From assembly GCA_031414955.1 (NCBI GenBank), contig JANOQV010000308.1, forward strand, positions 33,769-97,768: a stretch of DNA of 64,000 nucleotides, in the 5' to 3' direction. The position numbers and the translations under genes were made by a program. Positions 26,339 through 35,311 of this stretch are shown piece by piece. The notes under the pieces are model-generated. The model did not search any database. It had not been told where the DNA came from and worked only from the letters and a program-made list of their open reading frames with translations. Source of the DNA: Pedosphaera sp. Lineage in GTDB: Bacteria > Verrucomicrobiota > Verrucomicrobiia > Limisphaerales > SIBH01. The stretch's first letter is position 1. Every line of letters begins with the position of its first letter.

Positions 26339-28733
26339 CCTCGCGCGCGGTCGCAGTGCGCCAGGCACCTTCTCTCACCGAGATCGTGGTCGAGCCTGCG
26401 GCTCCAGTGTGGAGGACGGCGGCCCCAGTGCGGCGCAGCCGGGAGAGCAACGCGTGGCTGGCCCGGCGCGACAGGGATGTCTCGGAATCCGCAATCACGA
26501 TCAGCCGCGGCTTCAACACCGCGAGCCATTCCGCCGCCAAAGGCTCGTCCTTGACCGGCAATCCGGCGATGACGATGTCGGCCCGCAAGTCGGAATGCCG
26601 TTTAACAAAAGCGTTCTGCCCGGCCTTGCCCAACTGCGGAACCAGCAGCACGCGCACGCCCTCAAACTCGCCCCACGCCACGATGGCGTTGTCTTCCGCC
26701 AGCGGAAATCGCTCCGCAGGCCCGGGGTGCAGGATGATCCAGGGCCGTGCAGCGAAGCCATTCGTGGCGAGGCGGCGCACGCGACCAAGCTTTTCCAACT
26801 CGGTGAGCGTGCTTTGGTAGGCGGCGGAGCGAAATGCCACCGGCGAAACGAGAATGTCCTCGAAGCGAAAAGCCGTTCGCAGTTCCGACACTCCACCAAA
26901 GAAATCGGAATCCCCATGCGTCAGGACCAGGTGTTCGAGACGATTCACCCCGCGTGCTTGGAGAAATGGTTTCAACGTGAATCCCGCTCCGCTCCGGCTG
27001 CCGCAATTGATCAGCCACTGCTCGCCCCCTCGCGCTGGTTCGAGGTAAATGATGTGGGAGCCGCCCACCGGCAGCACGGTCAACCGGTGCCAGGCGCGCT
27101 CCTGACGCCAGTCGATGATCCAAGCCGCTAAAAACAGCACAGCCGCGAATCCGAAGAACCAGCGCGCCCGACGGAAAGTGAACCAGCCGCCGCACAGCGC
27201 GAGGAGCAGACCGTAATAGAGCAAGAACAGCAGCGGACCGGGCGCGCGGACATGGCACCAGGCGGCGGGCAACTCGGCGGCGCGTTCGCTCAACCAGGTC
27301 ATGAACCACATGAAGAACCAGCCGCTGTGGTTAAACAACTCGGTCAAGAACGGTGCCAGGTCGCCCGTGACCAGCGCGCCCAAACCGCTCATCAGCGCGA
27401 GCGAGCTGATGGGCACGACGACCAGATTCGCCAGCAGGCTGCCCGGCGTGAAGAGATGGAAGTAATAAGCCATCAACGGCGCGGAACCGATGAACGCGGC
27501 CAGCGAGGTGGCAAACCCTTTCCAGACCAGGTGACTGATTTCGATCAGAAACCGCTGTCCGCGAGGACGCAATTCGTAGGGCAGCAATGGATCGAGGAGG
27601 AACAGGCGAACGCGCAGCCGCTCAATCGGCGGCGCGAGCAACGCCAGGCTGAGCACGACGAAGAACGAAAGCTGGAAACCGGCCTGGAACAATTGTTCCG
27701 GCTGCCAGACCAAAATGACACACGCGGCGGTGGCCAGGGAATTGAGCAGACTCGGCGGACGTTTCAGCGCAGAGCCGAGGATGATGACACTCATCATGAC
27801 CGTGGAGCGAATGGCCGAAGCCTGCCAACCCGTCGCCGCAGTATAGAACCAGATGAGACCAACCACCGTGCAGCCTCCGATCAGCCGCGGCACCGCCACC
27901 GCCCGCAGCAGCGCCAGAAAAATCCAGGCGATGAGCGCGATGTGCAGGCCGCTGATGGCAAAGATGTGCATGGTGCCCGAGCGCATGAACGGCTCCGAAA
28001 CTTCGGACGTGAGCGCCGTCTGCCAGCCGAGCAGCATGGCCCATTGCAGCCGCAGCGGTTCATCTTCCACCGGCAGCCCGCGCGCGAGTGTGCGCTGCGC
28101 CCAGACGCGGAATCGTTCCGCCATCGGTAGCGGCACCGGAACGCCGAAAACCTTCCAGAGCTGCGGCGATTCGATCTTCAACTCGTAGTGAAGGCCGCGC
28201 AGCGCAAGGTGTCGGCCATAATCGAAGAGTTCCACCGCCACCGGCGGGGGCGGTGGTAGAGCCAGGCCGGAGACTTCTACCCGCTGCCCGTCGAAGAAAT
28301 CCCGGGCCAGGACACCGCCCGTCCTCGACATGATTCGCCCGTGCGCGGGCTGCCAAGGACCGCGCCCGAGGCGGACTGCGGTGACTTTCAACTCGGCCAG
28401 GGTGTGGGATTTCTCCACGCTGCCCTGGAGGAAGATTCTTTGCGAAGGCGTAGCGACGATTTCACCGCGCGCTTCGATGAGTTTTGGGTTATCGCCAAGG
28501 AGCAAGCGAAGATCTTGCGGCGAGACGACCGTCGTTCGCGAAGTCAGGTTCGACCACCCGAAGAGCAACAACGCCGCCGGGAGCAGCAACCCGCGCAGGG
28601 TGCTCGCGATCAAAGCCGCGAGCAGGAGTCCGAACGCGACCAGCCAGGCCGCAAGCAACGGCGCCTCAACAAAATGTCCGAGCACCACTCCCGTGCCATA
28701 GAGCAAAGCCACGGGCACCATCGGCTGTTTCAT
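26283..28733 (-). CDS. comEC: ComEC/Rec2 DNA-uptake channel protein
   Basis: SGTMHIFAISGLHI, SAIRS, GFQLSF, ANLVVVP; C-terminal metallo-beta-lactamase-like domain is degenerate; overlaps the MidA 3' end by 56 bp. Confidence 0.92.
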   Translation of the reverse strand: MKQPMVPVALLYGTGVVLGHFVEAPLLAAWLVAFGLLLAALIASTLRGLLLPAALLLFGWSNLTSRTTVVSPQDLRLLLGDNPKLIEARGEIVATPSQRIFLQGSVEKSHTLAELKVTAVRLGRGPWQPAHGRIMSRTGGVLARDFFDGQRVEVSGLALPPPPPVAVELFDYGRHLALRGLHYELKIESPQLWKVFGVPVPLPMAERFRVWAQRTLARGLPVEDEPLRLQWAMLLGWQTALTSEVSEPFMRSGTMHIFAISGLHIALIAWIFLALLRAVAVPRLIGGCTVVGLIWFYTAATGWQASAIRSTVMMSVIILGSALKRPPSLLNSLATAACVILVWQPEQLFQAGFQLSFFVVLSLALLAPPIERLRVRLFLLDPLLPYELRPRGQRFLIEISHLVWKGFATSLAAFIGSAPLMAYYFHLFTPGSLLANLVVVPISSLALMSGLGALVTGDLAPFLTELFNHSGWFFMWFMTWLSERAAELPAAWCHVRAPGPLLFLLYYGLLLALCGGWFTFRRARWFFGFAAVLFLAAWIIDWRQERAWHRLTVLPVGGSHIIYLEPARGGEQWLINCGSRSGAGFTLKPFLQARGVNRLEHLVLTHGDSDFFGGVSELRTAFRFEDILVSPVAFRSAAYQSTLTELEKLGRVRRLATNGFAARPWIILHPGPAERFPLAEDNAIVAWGEFEGVRVLLVPQLGKAGQNAFVKRHSDLRADIVIAGLPVKDEPLAAEWLAVLKPRLIVIADSETSLSRRASHALLSRLRRTGAAVLHTGAAGSTTISVREGAWRTATAREVIASEPAREMAAPDARGE

Positions 28734-28800
28734 CGCGCCCTCCATGTGCCTGGGGTGAACGGCTCCATGTTCGTGTGGAAGAAACGCGGCGGGCGCGCGG

Positions 28801-29982
28801 TCAGGACTGGCTCAACCGTTTTTTCGGCGCGTCGAACAACAGGGCATGGGTCTCCTCAAGAATCGCGGGAATGCGTTCGGCAAACGGGCTGCGGGCAAGC
28901 AGTGTCCTCCAATCCACCGTGCGGGCCTGCGCGGCGTTCTCGCCGGGGAACCAATGGTCGGCCTGACCCAACAGGTTGTAGCGCATCTTGCCCCAGGCCA
29001 CGAGGTCGAGCGACTTCGCGTAGGTCCAGAGGCGCAGAATTTCAGTGAGGTTAATCTCCCCCGGCACCTCGACGTATTCCGGCAAGCCCTCGCGCCAGCG
29101 TTCGCACCAGTCGCGGCCGAGCGTGGCCAGCATCTCGTCACGCCAGCGCTGCTCGATCGGAGCGATGACTTCGGTGATGCGGTCGTAATGCGCCAGCGCG
29201 GCGACGTGTTCATCGAAATCGCCGGGCCGGGCCGCGCCGCAACTGAGAGTGTGAACTTCCGGGCGCGCGAGGCAGAAAAGGTCGTTGAACTGCATGGGCG
29301 TGAGCGGGGCGCAGAACTTCACCAGCTTGGCCGGCGGCTCGTAAAGTTTTCCGCCCTTGTCGTTCGGACTGATGATGAAGACGCCCATGTCCCGCGCCGC
29401 CGCCGCGCGCACGGCCGTCCAGTTCAGATCATTTACGAAATACCAGTGGACGTTCATGTAGTCGAAGCCGCCGCTGTTCACGGCGTCGAGGATGATGTCG
29501 GTGGTGGCGTGGGTGGAGAAACCGATGTGGCGGGCGCGGCCTTCGCTTTGCAGTTTGCGCGCCGCTTCCAGGCAGCCGCCCTTGCGCAGCGACCATTCGA
29601 GATGCTGCCGGTTATTGATGCCGTGCAAAGAAAGCAGCTCCACATGGTCGAGCCGCAGATACTTCATCGACTGATCAAAAGTGCGGCGGAATTCGTCGGC
29701 CGTCGCGGACGGCGCGACCTTGGTCTGTACGATCAGTTGCTTGCGCGGGAAGGTCGGGAGCACCGAGCCGAGCTGCATCTCGGAGGAACCGTAGCCGCGC
29801 GCGGTCTCGATATGGTTGATGCCGAGCGCGACGGCGCGGCGAATGGTGGCTTCGAGATTGGCCTGATTGTCCGGCGGCACTTCGCCAGGGTCCACGTCCT
29901 GCCATTTGTATTGGTAGCGCATCCCGCCGCAGGAGATGACGGGCATCTGAAGTTCTGTTTTGCCAAAGCGCCGGTATTTCAC
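28801..29982 (-). CDS. Aldo/keto reductase
   Basis: [36 protein letters not shown] start. Confidence 0.92.
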   Translation of the reverse strand: MKYRRFGKTELQMPVISCGGMRYQYKWQDVDPGEVPPDNQANLEATIRRAVALGINHIETARGYGSSEMQLGSVLPTFPRKQLIVQTKVAPSATADEFRRTFDQSMKYLRLDHVELLSLHGINNRQHLEWSLRKGGCLEAARKLQSEGRARHIGFSTHATTDIILDAVNSGGFDYMNVHWYFVNDLNWTAVRAAAARDMGVFIISPNDKGGKLYEPPAKLVKFCAPLTPMQFNDLFCLARPEVHTLSCGAARPGDFDEHVAALAHYDRITEVIAPIEQRWRDEMLATLGRDWCERWREGLPEYVEVPGEINLTEILRLWTYAKSLDLVAWGKMRYNLLGQADHWFPGENAAQARTVDWRTLLARSPFAERIPAILEETHALLFDAPKKRLSQS

Positions 29983-30448
29983 GGGCGGGAGCGTGAAGGG
30001 AGAACGACCAAACGGGAAGCGGGAAGTGCGGAACGGAACAGCGTGACCGGGGCGGCGGCGAAACGCGGCGGAGTGGCGGGCACGCGCCGGGCGCGTTCAG
30101 GACGCGAGCAGCGCCACGATCTTCTGCACGAGCAGAATGACCGCCAGCAACAAAGTGCCGGGAATCAGGCTCAACGGACTGGTAATGGTCCTATTCACAA
30201 GTTTGCAATCGGAACAATTCAGCAGGACTTGAGCCATGGCGGAAGAGGCGAAGCCACCGCGCGGTGCCGAATCAGGAACGAGCGCGGACGTATCGCCCGG
30301 CACGGCCCTCCCTCCCGCTCACCACGACCTTTCCACCCAGCCCCTGAACCGGCGGACGGGAGGCCCGCGTTGCCACCATCGGTCCGGGAGAGCGCGCTCG
30401 AACAAGATTCCGCCTTGCCGTTTGCCGGGCGCGGTTTACAAAACTGCC

Positions 30449-31180
30449 ATGCGCCTGCTCCCTGCCCTGTGCCTCCTCGCTCTGACCGCCGGCCTGGCGA
30501 TTGGTGCCGACACCGCCCGACTCGTGGCTGATTTGATGCAGTCCGAACAGGAACTGGGCAGCGTGCCCTTCGCCGAGGTCGTTCACGCCGCCACCGGGAG
30601 AAAAGTGCTGCCGCTCCAACCGACCAACGCCGTGAACCGCGAGATTCTCGCGCGCATCGCCCAGGCGCTGGACACGGTGCTGCCCCAACTCAACGCCAAC
30701 AACAGTCCGGCCCGGCAAAAGCGCCGCATCAACGAAGTCAGCGCGCTCTTCGAGAACGCGCTGAAAGACGCGCTCAACGCAGTGGGTGGCTTCGACTGTG
30801 ATTTTCCCAAACTGGCTTCGGGCGCGCGTCAGCGTTCCGGCTATCCCGACTTGCGCCTCGTGGACCAGGCGAGCGGGCGCGTGCTGTATCTTGATCCGAA
30901 ACTGTTCGAGCGCAGCAGCCGGGCGAGCACGCTGCGCACTTTCTATTTCGAGCCGAAGCGGGAGACGAACAAGATTCTGGATGACGCGCACCATCTCATC
31001 GTGGGTTTCGAGCACGATGGGGCCGCCGGGGCCTGGACCTTCCTGGGCTGGGAGCTGGTGGACCTCGCGAACTTCCGCGTGAAGCTCAAGGCCGAATTCC
31101 AAGGCAGCAACCGCGACCTCTACAAGCCAGAGGCGGTGCTTTTGCGCAGCGCCACCAACGCGCTCCCGAAGGCTCGGTAG
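30449..31180 (+). CDS. Exported hypothetical protein with PD-(D/E)xK nuclease-like motif
   Basis: Signal peptide MRLLPALCLLALTAGLAIGA; RINE...FE helix; SGYPDLRL...YLDPK. Confidence 0.65.
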   Translation: MRLLPALCLLALTAGLAIGADTARLVADLMQSEQELGSVPFAEVVHAATGRKVLPLQPTNAVNREILARIAQALDTVLPQLNANNSPARQKRRINEVSALFENALKDALNAVGGFDCDFPKLASGARQRSGYPDLRLVDQASGRVLYLDPKLFERSSRASTLRTFYFEPKRETNKILDDAHHLIVGFEHDGAAGAWTFLGWELVDLANFRVKLKAEFQGSNRDLYKPEAVLLRSATNALPKAR

Positions 31181-31230
31181 GCTGGGTCATCCGTCAGGCT
31201 GAACCGGCGGACCGGCGGTTCGCCCTCCGG

Positions 31231-34200
31231 TCAGTCTTCGGAGAACAGATACTCCAGATCGCTCTGGGTGAGATTCCGCGCAAAGCCCTCCTCGCCCAGC
31301 ACGTCCGAGATGGTTTGCGCCTTGGTCTGTTGCAGCTCCCAGATTTTTTCCTCGACCGTGCCGGGCGCAATCAGGCGATAGGCGTTGACCGTCTCGGTCT
31401 GGCCAATGCGGTGCGAGCGATCGATGGCCTGGGCCTCGACGGCGGGATTCCACCACGGGTCGTAGAGAATCACATAGCTGGCCGAAGTCAGGTTCAGGCC
31501 GGTGCCGGCGGCGCGCAGGCTGAGCAGGAACACGGCGGCCTCCGATTCATTCTGGAAGTCCTGCACGATGGCCTGCCGGTCCTTGGTTTCACCCGTGAGC
31601 AGATGGGTGGGAATGTTCCGTTGCCGGCACTCGGCTTCGAGCAACTTCAGCATCTGCACGAACTGGGAGAAGATCAGCACCTTCTGGCCCTGGGCCATGA
31701 GCGGCTCCAGCAATTCGAAGAGGGTCTCCGTCTTGCCCGAGGGCGAGTCGTTGCCCACGAGGGTCGGATGACAGCAAATCTGCCGCAGGCGCGTGAGCGC
31801 GGCCAGGACGTGCATCTTGCTTTTGTTGAGGCCCTTCTCGGCGACGATCTGCGCGACCTGCTCGCGGCTGCGACGCAGTTCGGCCAGGTAAAGTTTGCGC
31901 TGCAAATCGCCCAGGTCGCAGTCACGGCGTTCCTCGATGCGATCGGGCAAGTCCTTGGCCACCTGTTTCTTCAAGCGGCGCAGCATGAGCGGGCGCAGCT
32001 TGGCCGCGAGCCGGCGGCGTGCGATGCGCTGGGTGGAGGCAACCTGATCCACGTCGCCCTCGCCCTTGGGCTGGTAGGTCTCGTGAAAATGTTCCTGGGT
32101 GCCGAGATAACCGGGCTGGATGAAATCCACGATGCTCCACAAGTCGAGCAACCGGTTCTCCAGCGGCGTGCCGGTCAACGCGAGCCGCTGGCAGGCCTTC
32201 AACTGCTTGACCGACTGCGTGATTTGCGCGGCCGGATTCTTGATGAATTGCGCCTCGTCCAGGATGACGGCACTGAAGGGGAACTTCTGCAACGCCTCCA
32301 GGTCGCGGCGCAGCAGCGCGTAGTTGGTCACGATGATGTCGTGCTGCGGGATCTGCTTGCGCAGGTTGTGCCGGGCCGAGCCGCTCTCCAACACCAGCAC
32401 CTTCAAGTGGGGCGTGAACTTCTCCGCCTCGCGCCGCCAGTTGTGCAGCACCGAAGCCGGACAGATGACCAGCGTGGGCTTAGGGTCGTCGCCCTGCTGA
32501 TCGCGCAGCCAAGCCATCCAGGCCAGGGTCTGCAAGGTTTTGCCCAGCCCCATGTCGTCGGCCAGAATGCCGCCCAGCTTGGCCCGGGTGAGGTGACAGA
32601 GGAAATCAAACCCGTCCTTCTGATAGGGACGCATCTCGGCCTGCACGGTGCCCGGCAGCTTCACCGAGGGAATGCCCTCGAAATCCGCCAGCTTGGTTTT
32701 CAGCACGCGCAACTCCGGGGAATCCGCGAAGCGCTTCAACTCGGATTCATCCAAATGCGCCGCCTGATCGAGGCTGATGCGCTGGGCCACCGGGGTGAGG
32801 GCGTCCTGGTTCAAGTCCGCCATGGTCTCGTGCGCGCGCGACACGGCGTCCGTGTCGAGTTCCACCCAGCCGGCGTCGGGCAGCTTCACGAAGCGCGAGT
32901 TGGAAGTCGCGAGCCGCTGCAAATCCGCCGCGCTCAACTTCATGCCCTCGTGTTCCCACTCGGTCGAGACGGTGAACCAGTCGATGCCGCTGCCCTTGAC
33001 GATCAGCTTGGGCTTCAACTGGCGCGGGGCCATGAACAGGCGGTGAAAGGCCTGGTTGCCCAGGAACTCCGCCTTCTCCGGCCGGTCCGGCCAAGCCTGG
33101 GCCAGCGTGCCAAGGAAATGCTCGTTCGCGTCACCCACCCACAGGCCGGGTTCGGGCGTGAACCAGTCCAACCGGCGCAGCCAGTAGGTGGCCGGCTCCA
33201 GTCGAGGGTCTTCCAAAATGTTCGGCTTGTCCGCGTTGTTGGCCCGCTTGGTATCCAACTGCCACTCCTGTCCGGTCCAGTGCCACTCGCTGCCGTCGCG
33301 CTCGCTCACCGCGCGCAGGCGCAGGCGCACCGTCTCATCCGAAAGCTCGAAGACAAACTGCGGCTTGGCCGGATGGGCCACGCAAAGCTGCTCCCAATCC
33401 ACCGGGCCGGCCGTTTGCGTGCGGCGCAGTTGCGTGCGCATGCGATTGCTCAACTTGCGCACGGGAATGCCGGGCTTCTCGCTCCAGAACTCCAGCAGCC
33501 GCGAGGATGGTGCGTTCCGCAGCAGGAAGTACTGCGTGTCCACCAGCGCGAGCGGCGGCTGGCCGGCGAAAAACTTCACCGCGCTGATGGGCTGCGTCGT
33601 GCCGTCGGGCAGTTGCAACCGATGGGTGAAGGCCAGGTCGCTGCCGCCGTTCTCCAAGCTGGGACTGAACTCGGCGATCTGTCCGTGAAACGAGAAACTC
33701 GACGGCTGGTTCTCAAACTCGATGCGCCCGGTGTGGCCCCAGCGCGCCAGCCATTGCAACAACTCCAGACCGTGAATCTTCAGCGAATCCTCACGCTCGC
33801 GATCCCCGTAGTTCTCCCCCAGCCAGAGCAGGAACTGCCAGTCAGCCGGGGCAAACAACTCCTGCTCGTGCGCCGAGCGCGTGGTGATTTCGATCAGGTC
33901 GCCGATGGACCGATGCCGTTCGCCGGTGCGCGGACGGAACAGATTGAAGTGGACCTTGAGCGCCTGAAGCTTCGATTTCTCCGCCTCGCAAATCACTTCG
34001 CCAAAGACATGCAGCTTGGCCCGCGGCCCGTCGAGGTGCGTGGGCGCGGGCGGGAACATCCAGTTCTCCAGTTCTGAAAGCACCTGCTGCTCCTGCTCCG
34101 CCTCCTCGATCTCGGCGAAGCGATCCAGGTTCGCATAGGTGGTCAGTTCGGTGGGCAACGGACGGTTGGCCCGCAGGAACAGGATGGCCAGTTCCTCCAA

Positions 34201-34509
34201 CCGCGCCTTGCCCTTGGCCGCCAGCACCCGCGGCCACCAGTCCTGGGCCGTGAAATCCTTGCGCGAAAGCGAGAGCTTCTCGAAGTAATCCTCCAGCAGC
34301 AGCCAGGAACGCTGCGAATCCACGCAACTGGCGAAGAGCTTCAGGATTTCCTCGCGCTCGGCCATGCGCGGCTTGGAGTCGGCCAGTTCGCGCCGCAAGT
34401 CGGCCAGCACCCCGTAGGTCTTGGAAAGCACGGTGTGATGCGCGTCGTATTTTGCCGCCGCCGCCGAGAAGCGCGGCGCGCGTCCTGATTTTTTTGCCAT
34501 TTTCGCCAT
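31231..34509 (-). CDS. SNF2-family helicase/ATPase
   Basis: LADDMGLGKT, LDEAQ, LTGTPLEN, FSQF, DPWWNPAVEAQAIDRSHRIGQ. Confidence 0.96.
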   Translation of the reverse strand: MAKMAKKSGRAPRFSAAAAKYDAHHTVLSKTYGVLADLRRELADSKPRMAEREEILKLFASCVDSQRSWLLLEDYFEKLSLSRKDFTAQDWWPRVLAAKGKARLEELAILFLRANRPLPTELTTYANLDRFAEIEEAEQEQQVLSELENWMFPPAPTHLDGPRAKLHVFGEVICEAEKSKLQALKVHFNLFRPRTGERHRSIGDLIEITTRSAHEQELFAPADWQFLLWLGENYGDREREDSLKIHGLELLQWLARWGHTGRIEFENQPSSFSFHGQIAEFSPSLENGGSDLAFTHRLQLPDGTTQPISAVKFFAGQPPLALVDTQYFLLRNAPSSRLLEFWSEKPGIPVRKLSNRMRTQLRRTQTAGPVDWEQLCVAHPAKPQFVFELSDETVRLRLRAVSERDGSEWHWTGQEWQLDTKRANNADKPNILEDPRLEPATYWLRRLDWFTPEPGLWVGDANEHFLGTLAQAWPDRPEKAEFLGNQAFHRLFMAPRQLKPKLIVKGSGIDWFTVSTEWEHEGMKLSAADLQRLATSNSRFVKLPDAGWVELDTDAVSRAHETMADLNQDALTPVAQRISLDQAAHLDESELKRFADSPELRVLKTKLADFEGIPSVKLPGTVQAEMRPYQKDGFDFLCHLTRAKLGGILADDMGLGKTLQTLAWMAWLRDQQGDDPKPTLVICPASVLHNWRREAEKFTPHLKVLVLESGSARHNLRKQIPQHDIIVTNYALLRRDLEALQKFPFSAVILDEAQFIKNPAAQITQSVKQLKACQRLALTGTPLENRLLDLWSIVDFIQPGYLGTQEHFHETYQPKGEGDVDQVASTQRIARRRLAAKLRPLMLRRLKKQVAKDLPDRIEERRDCDLGDLQRKLYLAELRRSREQVAQIVAEKGLNKSKMHVLAALTRLRQICCHPTLVGNDSPSGKTETLFELLEPLMAQGQKVLIFSQFVQMLKLLEAECRQRNIPTHLLTGETKDRQAIVQDFQNESEAAVFLLSLRAAGTGLNLTSASYVILYDPWWNPAVEAQAIDRSHRIGQTETVNAYRLIAPGTVEEKIWELQQTKAQTISDVLGEEGFARNLTQSDLEYLFSED

Positions 34510-34663
34510 TAAATTCCCACCCGTTAAAAGTGGTTTACTATCTCGTCATGGAACGCACCACAGGGTCAATGGAAAACAATTCTCCACAGGGACACTGAGC
34601 CAGCCCCAAACCCCAGGATTGCGCCCGAACAGGAAGGAGCCACGGACGCGGACGAGACGTGCT

Positions 34664-35167
34664 CTAACGGTGGCGGGGAAACGGGAACGGCGCGCGCGGG
34701 AACGGCACGCGGATGGTTGGCCCATAAAAATAGGGCGCGGGTCCGTAAAAATAAAAATGCGGTCCCCGGCCGTAATACACCCGGCCCGGCGGCGGCTCGG
34801 GCGGGGGCGGTTGGTGCATGTCCAGATAGATGGCCTTGGGAATCCGGTCCCGGTCGGTGCGAAAGGCGCGGGTCTGGGCGTACTGATTGGTGGCGGCGGG
34901 CAGCGCGCGCACGATGAAGAAGTCCGATCCGAAGTCGTGGAAGGTGCCCTTGATGTTGCCAAAGATTTTCAGGTGAACCGGCGACTTGCCCATGTATTCA
35001 CCGTTGGCCTCGATGGCCACGCCCGACTCGGAGGTCTCGACCAGCATGTCATGGGCGATGGTCCGATCCGGCCCGACCTCGGCCCCGGGCGGAATGGGCG
35101 TGCGGCAGCCAGTCCCCATGCTGAGCACTGAAAGGATCGGCAGCAGCCAGAGTAATCGCGATTTCAT
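34664..35167 (-). CDS. Putative lipoprotein with PEGA-like domain and Pro/Tyr/Gly-rich tail
   Basis: MKSRLLWLLPILSVLSMGTG-C lipobox-like signal; VETSESGVAIEANGEYMGKSP. Confidence 0.7.
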   Translation of the reverse strand: MKSRLLWLLPILSVLSMGTGCRTPIPPGAEVGPDRTIAHDMLVETSESGVAIEANGEYMGKSPVHLKIFGNIKGTFHDFGSDFFIVRALPAATNQYAQTRAFRTDRDRIPKAIYLDMHQPPPPEPPPGRVYYGRGPHFYFYGPAPYFYGPTIRVPFPRAPFPFPRHR

Positions 35168-35311
35168 ACGGCGGAGAACATGCGACTCCGGGCCATGATT
35201 GCAAGGTGCGGAGCATGGACCGGGACGAAACAGGCGTACCCCCCGACCCTGCGGGCGGAGTGGTCGCGCGGCGACCACTGCCACCAGGCACGGGAACCGC
35301 CACCATCCAGC

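Noticed and set aside
31315..34077. 920-aa plus-strand ORF, and similar long ORFs at 20135-21823, 22268-24085, 35180-37204, 55675-58233 and 59845-61851
   Set aside because: Antisense shadows of well-supported genes, expected from high-GC codon bias; no recognisable motifs
30449..34509. Nuclease plus SNF2 as a known anti-phage defence operon
   Set aside because: The genes are convergent, the nuclease has a signal peptide, and no methyltransferase or other defence genes are adjacent
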